From NCBI GenBank assembly GCA_047495785.1, contig JBLDXI010000019.1, positions 1,426,001-1,490,000 of the forward strand: 64,000 nt of DNA, given 5' to 3'. The notes under the pieces were generated by a model. That model was not told the origin of the DNA. It searched no databases and worked only from the letters and a program-made list of their open reading frames with translations. Made by a program: the position numbers and the translations under genes. Numbering within the stretch: position 1 is the stretch's first letter; each line of letters begins with the position of its first letter. Source of the DNA: Lepidodermella squamata (taxonomy: Eukaryota; Animalia; Gastrotricha). Below, one piece after another: positions 56,531 through 64,000 of the stretch.

Positions 56531-59500
56531 ATGCCCAAATGGAATCTTAAAATCGCAATACTGCTTCGCGTGCTCCTTTTAATCATGTTCTTCACTGCTG
56601 CTGGTAAGTCATTATTTTTTTTTTATAAAATTTTCGAAATTTTAAATTTAAATTTTGTGTATAGAGTCGTGCAATATAACTTATCACGCTACTGGTCAAA
56701 AGCGGACAGGCTTGATAACATCGATCGATTACCCGAAGCCGTACCCGGCCGGGGTGAATTGCGAGTTTCATTTTTTGAACACGAAAGAATCGCGCCTTTC
56801 GCTGTCTTTCGTTGAATTTAACCTCCGCGAGCCGATAGCCGATACAGACGGGCAGTGCGCCTTTGATTTTGTCGACATTTTCATAATTGATGGCGATACA
56901 TCACCGATGAAAATGTTGAGCCGAAAATGCGGCGATACGTCACCGGCTCAATTGTCAACTAGCGCGGCGCATGTCATCGTTTATTTCAAGTGAGTTTGAA
57001 ATGCATTCTTTTCAAAAATTCAAAGAATTTTAAAATATCGTCTCAAGAAATAAAGACGATCACCCTCGTGATTTTAGGATATATTGAGCAAATTTGCACC
57101 CTCTACAAGACGGTAAAAAACGTGTTCCAAAATAAAGCTTTTGGTACGATCATGAAAATGGCCAGGCGTGTAGATTTCGCGTCTTGGTAACGGTTGCCAT
57201 GATTTTGTGTCGGTTTTCGTTACAATGGGTGTGCGAAGGAGAAAGGGTTCCAACATAATATTTTCCTTTTTTGAGTTTTACGACTTCCCTAGACTCTGAA
57301 TCATTTTATTACCACGCCTAGCTGATAAATATCAGGTATAAGCGGTGATTATACGATTTATACTTCAGCCTACAGGGCCGATATCGATTATCTGGTATCG
57401 ATTTTACAAATCAATAATTTTTCTACTGAGCAGTTCAGCAGCCTTGAAAGCCAAAATTGGTACCAGGTAGCTAAAATGATAAATGCCAGGCCCAAGGAGG
57501 TGGAGAAGTGAGGAAAAAGCTGAATTCGCAAAGAATCTGTAAGAATAATGATATGAAACTCAAATTTAGCGCTTGTACCTCAGTTTTAGAGGTGCGAATA
57601 TTTAGAATTTTACCATTCATTAAATTTTGATTAGGCTTAAATATTTTGATCACTAAGATGGAACCTCTAAATTTGATCTTTCTGGCGCTAATTTTTTCTT
57701 TTTTTAGTGATTTCGGCCTATTTGATCGGTACTGATTAGCCTGGGATTTTTTATTTCAGCTGGTACCATCTATATTTTCTATGTTTTTCAATGGTGTCAC
57801 AGAAAGTTTATCCACCTTAATTTTTTGAGTAACAAAAACGAACATTTTTCGCGATGATCTGAACCTTTCGTTATAGTTGAATTGAGCTAGAATGGCCCAG
57901 ATATTTATCGTCTACTCTTATTGAGGCTATTAAGCCTGGACAGGAATCAGGACGCGGCTAGCCTATTTCAAGTAGGAGTTTAGAACACATCAAGCAGTAA
58001 TAATATCGAAATCGATCGAAATACGTATGTATGAGTTTTCGCACAGATGATCAGAGAAAAATGCGCATAAAACTAATTATGAAACACCGAGACGACTTCA
58101 CGCGCAATACTTTTCCGCGGCTAATTTTTTGTGCGCGCGCTCGCTCACATATTCGCCCCCGTGCGTGTACTTTGTTATTGGCGCCGTTGATAAAAAAAAA
58201 TGAGGCGGCCGATCGTTGGCTTTGTCAAGGATGAAACCTAAACTTTATGTGCATTCTAGTTAATAATATATTGCTATTAAGCTTCATATATATATATATG
58301 GCCATATTTTGTGTAGTAGAGCTAAATTTTCTAAGAAGCAGCGCCACTCTTGCGCGAAAAACTTATCAAAGCGTAAAAACCTTGTTACGCGCTTCGCCCA
58401 GACGACTACTACTGGCCACATGTATATTATTGTATTATGCATTTCCACGTGCCGTTTTTACATATATTTTTCAAAGTTGAAAGCATTATTACTGCTAGTA
58501 TTGCTTCGCCGATGTTGCTTACTTTGGTGTATTGTCGCAGGGCGCGTATAATATAAATAAATAAAAGCAGTAAATCTATCTATTTTTCGCTCTCCGCATA
58601 TCTCCATTGTTTCCCTATCGCAGGCAGTAAGAAGAGCCGTGCTGTTATTGAATAAAGTTGATACAAAAATCTTCTTCTACGACGCATATTATCACCATAT
58701 ATCCCAGAAAGCGATTATTATTTATTTTATTTTATAATCGCTAATAGAGCCGATTGGCTAGCCATCCGTCCTGAAATCCGTAAAAAATACCCTTGGGGCG
58801 AAATAATTCTGATTAATACATCCGATTACAACATCATCGTAGACAATCATTTCTATTCTTTCTTTACTTAATTTTCAATTGTTGGCGACAATGTTATTTA
58901 TGTGAAATCATCAAGTGGGACTCGATAGTATGTATGGCTATTAAAAGTTGGCCATAAGCCACGACTAAAAGACGAACAATGACGGCGTTACAACTACTAC
59001 AAAATGCAGCCAACTTTGATTGTTGGCCATTGTCGCAGCGAGAAGTGGCCGTTTGCTTCAACGTTATCTAAACTAATAATAATATCAACGCCGATTTCGC
59101 CGATTTGATGCTAATGCTTATTTTGCTGCTGCGGAACGGCCTCGAATCGCATGCTAGAACGCCACCGCCTTAAATCGGTGTTTTTACCATCGCGCTTCGA
59201 CGCCGCTATTCGCCACTTTCTCAATTATACCTTGATCTTCCAATCACTTGTTACTGCTCTGCTATTCGATTTGTAAGCTTTCATTTTTTCAATGTTTTGC
59301 ACTGGTTTTAACGTTTTTTTCGAAAATCCTGGATTTTAACCTAGTTATATTGTCGCTATATTAGCCTTATATATCGATTTCCGGTTTTTCTAGTAAATAA
59401 ATCCTTTGCCATTTGCTAGGGCTCGGTAAAATTTCAATAGCTCAGCGCAAATATAAGGTATATATAGCATATTTCTCTAAAATAATAACAGATGTTTCAA

Positions 59501-62500
59501 CATTTTTTCGAATGTTACTCATATATAAGAACTTGGTGCGAGTTTCTATATTTTGATATTGGCTTGACTTTGCTTTAAAAAGTTAATCCTCAGTCGTTAG
59601 TCATCAAAAGTACCATGTCAGCATATTTTTCTAGCATTACTAACTTGCCTTGAGCTGATTTTTCCGGGGTTAGGTGAAAATTTCGAAAGAAGTCATTGAA
59701 GTGTGAAATTGACATTCGAAACCGAAATATGGTTTCCTAACTCTAGATTAAATAGGTAAAAATGACTTGGGAGGTCGAATTGAACTTGGAATTGAACTGA
59801 AGTAACTTCAAATCATCGGAACAACAATAACTTTCATCGAACCGTTTTAACTTAAACCATCGGACTTATCGGAAAAATTAGTTATACAAGAAAAACGTCC
59901 ATTTTCATCGGAAAAGCGTTATTCTGGTTTTATTTAATATTCCGATGTAATAAGACATTTATTGCCTCGTCATTTGTTAATGCTACCTCCCTATAACTAG
60001 AAAATCACGTTAGCCAAGACGGCAACAACGGCTGCCACCTCGACCTCCAACATCAATTGAAGGCTGAACATGAAAGGCCTGAATAAGCGAACAGCTCGTT
60101 CACGTCGCGGAGAAGACCCGCACTTCAGAAAACGTCCGACAGTACACCTAGTACGGAAAAAAAACCTACAGTACAGTACCTAGTAGTACTGAAAAAAATA
60201 CCAAAGTGCGCGTTATTCCGCGACGTGAACGAGCTGCGGCGCCGTCCAGTCTCAGCTTCGACTGAAGATTCGGGATACGAAATTCGGAATCTACGTCTCA
60301 AACTGCATTACCGGCACCTGGGACCTCAGGGGCTGGGTAATTTGCATTTTAATTATTGCTATTTGATAAAGAACATATTATATAGGCCCGATCTAGGTTC
60401 TAGGCCTAGCGTAGGCCTAAATTTATAGGGTCTTCTTAGGCCTATATGGGCCATTAGTAGGACTAGCCTAGGTATTTTTCTGTAAATCGCGATTTAAGCC
60501 TACGCTAGCCCTAGTCTCATTCATCTGGATAAACTCCCTTTTCGCTGAAAATAGCTGAAATGATTAGAAGTGCGCGAAGATACACTTTTCGCTTTATAGC
60601 TGTCAAATTTGACTTAAAGCGTCGGAAATTCACCTGGTCGTAATAATCACTCGCGAGTTTAACGAGAGTGAGCCTGCCGTTCGCCGTGTCCCGGAGCGCC
60701 AATCTGCTATCTTCAAAACCAAATGTTGACTTATGACATCGGAATTTCATGTTAAAATTGTAGCAAGTGACTACATAGTAGCAAGTTGCTTTTGTTGCCC
60801 TTCGCTAATTGCTATCAATCCATAGATCGTCGTAATTATCTTTAATAAATTCTGATCATATCGGGCGTTTGCCCGGTTGGAAACTACGGTAGCAACAGTT
60901 TTCACGGTTTTTTTCGTGAGCGAAGGATACCCCCACTAATGCAGAAGGACGTGATAACTACAGTCTCCCTCCGAGTTATTCCGTGAATTAAAAAATTGCG
61001 ACCACGGTCAGAACGGTTAGCAACTATACGTAAGAGACAAAATGTGATTTTTGAGAGTTGTAATTCGCGATCTTAAAAAAACCGCCACATGTTTGTTGAC
61101 ATTTTGCTTCCCATACGCACATTGCCCAGCGATAAAATCAGGCGAGATTCCTATACCAACGGTTGTAGGTTCGTGGACAAATTCCACGGATTGGCGTAGA
61201 GGCAAGCTAAAACCTTCAACCAAAATGTATAGGACAGACACAGCATAAACAATTTTACGTTATTATATACTACTGTTGAATAATATTCCGATGAAAGCAG
61301 CAAACCTTCCGATAAAATAAGCTTGTAATGCGATGTAGCGATGAATTACTATTTTTCCGACGGTTTAAGTTAAAAATATTCGTATTTTTGACTTTCCGAT
61401 GAATTAAGTAAAAACAGTCCGATAAAAGTTATTGTTGTTCCGATGAAAACATCTAGGTCCATTGAACTTGCCATGAAAATGTGAACATTGGTAAATTGCT
61501 TTAGAGGTTTTCTCATGATTTTTGTGTGGATTGTCATGCTGGTGCAAATTCAAGTTTCCATGTTTTCAAGTGATTGCTATGAAATTCGGTATACGGGAAA
61601 TCGATTTTTGGATAATGGTACCATCGACCATTGTATAATGGATTAGTACCATTAGATGATGGTAGAGCGCAAAATTCTGGCTGAAATCAGCTTAGACCTT
61701 TTTTGAGTATCAAGCCAGAGTGGCTGAGTTGTGGCCAGGCTTAAGCGGCAAAAAGGACACCAACGGATCCCCGAAATCGCGCAATTTTGGGGGTCTTAGT
61801 CTGTAACACTGGTTTGCTATTTCAAAAATATTTTCAAAAGTCGTTTTTTGAAGCTGAGAAAGTATATTAATTTAGGAGTTATTATATTTGAAAATCTGAA
61901 ACTTAACATAATAATTTGTTTTCAAAACAGGTCAAGAAGCGCGTTCAACGACCAATTCACCGGTTTTAAAGCCGAATTTTCTTTCACGAACGACAGCGCG
62001 TTGGCGCCGCCGTCGCAGGTCGACGGCACCGAGGACTCGATATGCGGCGTGACGCGGCTGCGCGGCACCGGCGGCATCCTGACGGCGCCGACGCTCAGCC
62101 TGAGCCGCGACGGCCAGGCCCGGCAGCGCGCCGCCATCCTCGCCGCCGGCATGATCAACTGCACGTGGACGATACGCATCACTGAAGGCGATCAAATCCT
62201 CATCAACTTCATGTCGCTCAACCTAGGCCCTAGCGAGGTCGTGTGCCGCGATTCTTACCTGCTCATGTACAACTCAGTATCCGACTTTGAACGCGTCGGC
62301 TCGCTGGAGAAAATCTGCGGCCGTCTGTCGCTATTCCCCGGCAAGGCGAAGGAGTACGTATCAACTGGACCATGGCTGACTATTCGATACATTTACAAGA
62401 TACCTATGGCTGAAACGCAGCTGGAAACCGCGCCAACTGTCTCGTCGTCCGCGTTCTCCGATTTCGACTCAACCCTCGCGCCAACTGTTGCGTCCGCCTT

Positions 62501-63053
62501 AAGTTACGAGCCGAATTTCCGCCTAGTTTGGACTGCGATTTGGAATTTGAAACAGGGCGAGGAATGCCCGGGCTTTGAGTGTACCGGCCGGCAGGCGTGT
62601 CTCGACGCTGGCCGGGTGGTTTGCCACAAAACGCCTCGCTACTGCGTCCACCCAACGCTGCGCTGCGACGGCATACCCCACTGCGGGCCTAGCGACACTA
62701 GCGATGAAGAAAATTGCCAGCTGCCGCTGATTTTGTCCGGGGTAGCTGCTGGTGTTGGCTTTTTGTTGACATTTGTCGCGGCTATAGCGCTGATTGTCTG
62801 GCGGATTCGCATGCCGAAGCAGCGGAAGGCGAAGGCGAAACCGATGGGGCGGCCGGTTTCGCGAGCTGTCAAAGCCGGTGCGCCGCCGAACCTGTCGAAG
62901 ATGTTCGAGCATTTGGCGGAGAAGAAACAGCTGACGGCCGAGTATCAGGCGGTTATTACCAATCAGAATCTGGTCAACACGCGATCGATTTTGGCTTCAC
63001 TAAGTGCTGATAACGGGTTTGTTCTTCTGAAAAATAAATTAAAATCAAAATAA
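56531..63053 (+). CDS. CUB-CUB-LDLa single-pass membrane protein (Neto/SOL-1/LEV-10-like), exons 56531-56603, 56665-56989, 61931-63053; the 3' end may continue via a donor near 63018
   Basis: Signal peptide; CUB1 (GLITSIDYPKPYPAGVNC...CAFDFVDI...GFKAEF) spliced across a 4.9-kb intron; CUB2 (INCTWTI...CRDSYL); LDLa (CVHPTLRCDGIPHCG..DTSDEENC); TM segment and basic stop-transfer sequence. Confidence 0.88.
60092..60236. repeat. Small inverted-repeat element (~33-bp arms) nested in the transposon
   Basis: CAGCTCGTTCACGTCGCGGA...CGCACTT pairs with AAGTGCG...TCCGCGACGTGAACGAGCTG. No TSD seen. Confidence 0.7.
60400..60514. repeat. Second nested inverted repeat rich in TAGGCCTA palindromes
   Basis: CTAGGCCTAGCGTAGGCCTAAAT matches the reverse complement of ATTTAAGCCTACGCTAGCCCTAG at 21/23 positions. 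Confidence 0.65.
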
Positions 63054-63448
63054 TTTTTATTAAGGAGGCTTTTTTAAAGTTTTTAAAATATTTCGGATTA
63101 GGCACACAATTTATTTTACGATTGAATTTCACATTTTATTTTGCAAAAACCGCCCGGATTTTCTTTTAGCGGAACCGAAGTTACTCGTTGCGGAACCAAA
63201 TGTTACCGAAAGCGGCGCCAAATTTTGATTAATATTACTCCGTCCATTTTTCCAAATTTTCTGATGTTTCGCTATTAATTAAAAAATAAATAAATAAATG
63301 ACCGTAGAATTCCTAATGATTTTCAAATATAAGGTCTCATAATCATGATTAAAAAATGACATTCAAAAAAATATTGATAATTTGCGTTTTGTGCCAGCTC
63401 TTGAAATTTGGTTCCGCTGCCACCGATTTGGCTCCCCTTAGAAATATT

Positions 63449-63991
63449 GGGTGTGACTTTTTTCATCAGACATATGTCTTCTTTTATCAGACAAATGTCT
63501 TATTTCATCCGACATCCTAAAATGTGACTTTAATTATCCGACAACAGTTCTCACTCGGAACCAAGTTTCACTGAATTTTTAGCAAATGAGGGAACTTCAA
63601 GGATAACTTGGTGGCCGTGGATATCTAGTGATTCCGGAGTCGATATTGATTCGGCAAAGGGTTATTTGGTTTAGGAATATTGATGAGTTGATAAAATCCT
63701 TTTAAAGTCAGGATTTCGAACAGCATTGAACCTTTTTTTACGTCAAAGGACGTCATTTTGAAGTCCCGATTCCGCCAACTCATGGGTTCCTCAAGATATT
63801 TCTGGTTTTGGAATCGATTGGAGCCACGGATCGAATATAAAGAACTGAGTTTTTTGGTTCCTGGGCTTGGCTATTGGGCAGAGATGCTCAGCAAAGTTTG
63901 AATTTAGGCAAATTCCATGTCGGTTATTTCAAGTCACATTTCAGGTTGTCGGATGAAATAAGACATATGTCTGATGAAAAAAGTTTTTCTC
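63449..63991. mobile_element. MITE-like foldback/MULE-like element (543 bp) with 8-bp TSD GAAATATT
   Basis: GAAATATT at 63441-63448 and 63992-63999. Long TIRs at 63456-63543 and 63918-63984 (ACTTTTTTCATCAGACATATGTCTT...) start 7 nt inside each end. The left arm has one extra 21-bp subrepeat. Confidence 0.85.
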
Positions 63992-64000
63992 GAAATATTC

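Larger units (their letters stand above)
59799..61460. mobile_element. Non-autonomous foldback/MULE-like DNA transposon (1662 bp) with 8-bp TSD ATTGAACT
   Basis: ATTGAACT at 59791-59798 and 61461-61468. Inverted repeat CATCGGAACAACAATAACTTT(C/T)ATCG begins exactly 15 nt inside each end (59814; 61445). Internal CATCGGA/TCCGATG subrepeats. Confidence 0.75.

Noticed and set aside
63955-64000. CTGATGA...GAAA hammerhead-like core
   Set aside because: Stems II and III cannot form; the string is explained by the TIR and TSD of the MITE.

Overview
Gene-dense, intron-poor genomic DNA from an invertebrate animal. Most introns are about 45-65 nt, and the metazoan genes Fer, ANKRD6, Ly6 and a CUB-LDLa receptor are present; the species cannot be identified from sequence alone. 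Fifteen protein-coding genes can be reconstructed: Fer/Fes kinase, hexa-ubiquitin, cathepsin L, mitoguardin, ZC3H4/6, a small STI1-domain protein, DNAJC8, class II PI3K, CTP synthase, two GT10 alpha-1,3-fucosyltransferases flanking a Ly6 gene, ANKRD6, DNA polymerase alpha (POLA1) and a CUB-CUB-LDLa-TM receptor. The main discovery is four copies of a ~91-nt structured ncRNA gene on the sense strand inside the two long POLA1 introns. Each has an invariant 30-nt 5' segment (AACCATCTGCGAATTTGATTTGTGTCTAAG) ending at a strong splice donor (AG|GTATGT) within a stem-loop. Each also has a covarying 3' hairpin, an upstream PSE-like element at fixed spacing and a 3'-box-like tail. This is the architecture of spliced-leader (SL) RNA genes. 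There are two subtypes with the same leader but different intron portions, and neither has a canonical downstream Sm site. Most genes have a splice acceptor just upstream of the ATG and several form tight co-oriented runs, consistent with SL trans-splicing and operons (inference). The window also holds a decayed antisense gene in POLA1 intron 3 and two foldback/MULE-like non-autonomous DNA transposons with 8-bp TSDs.
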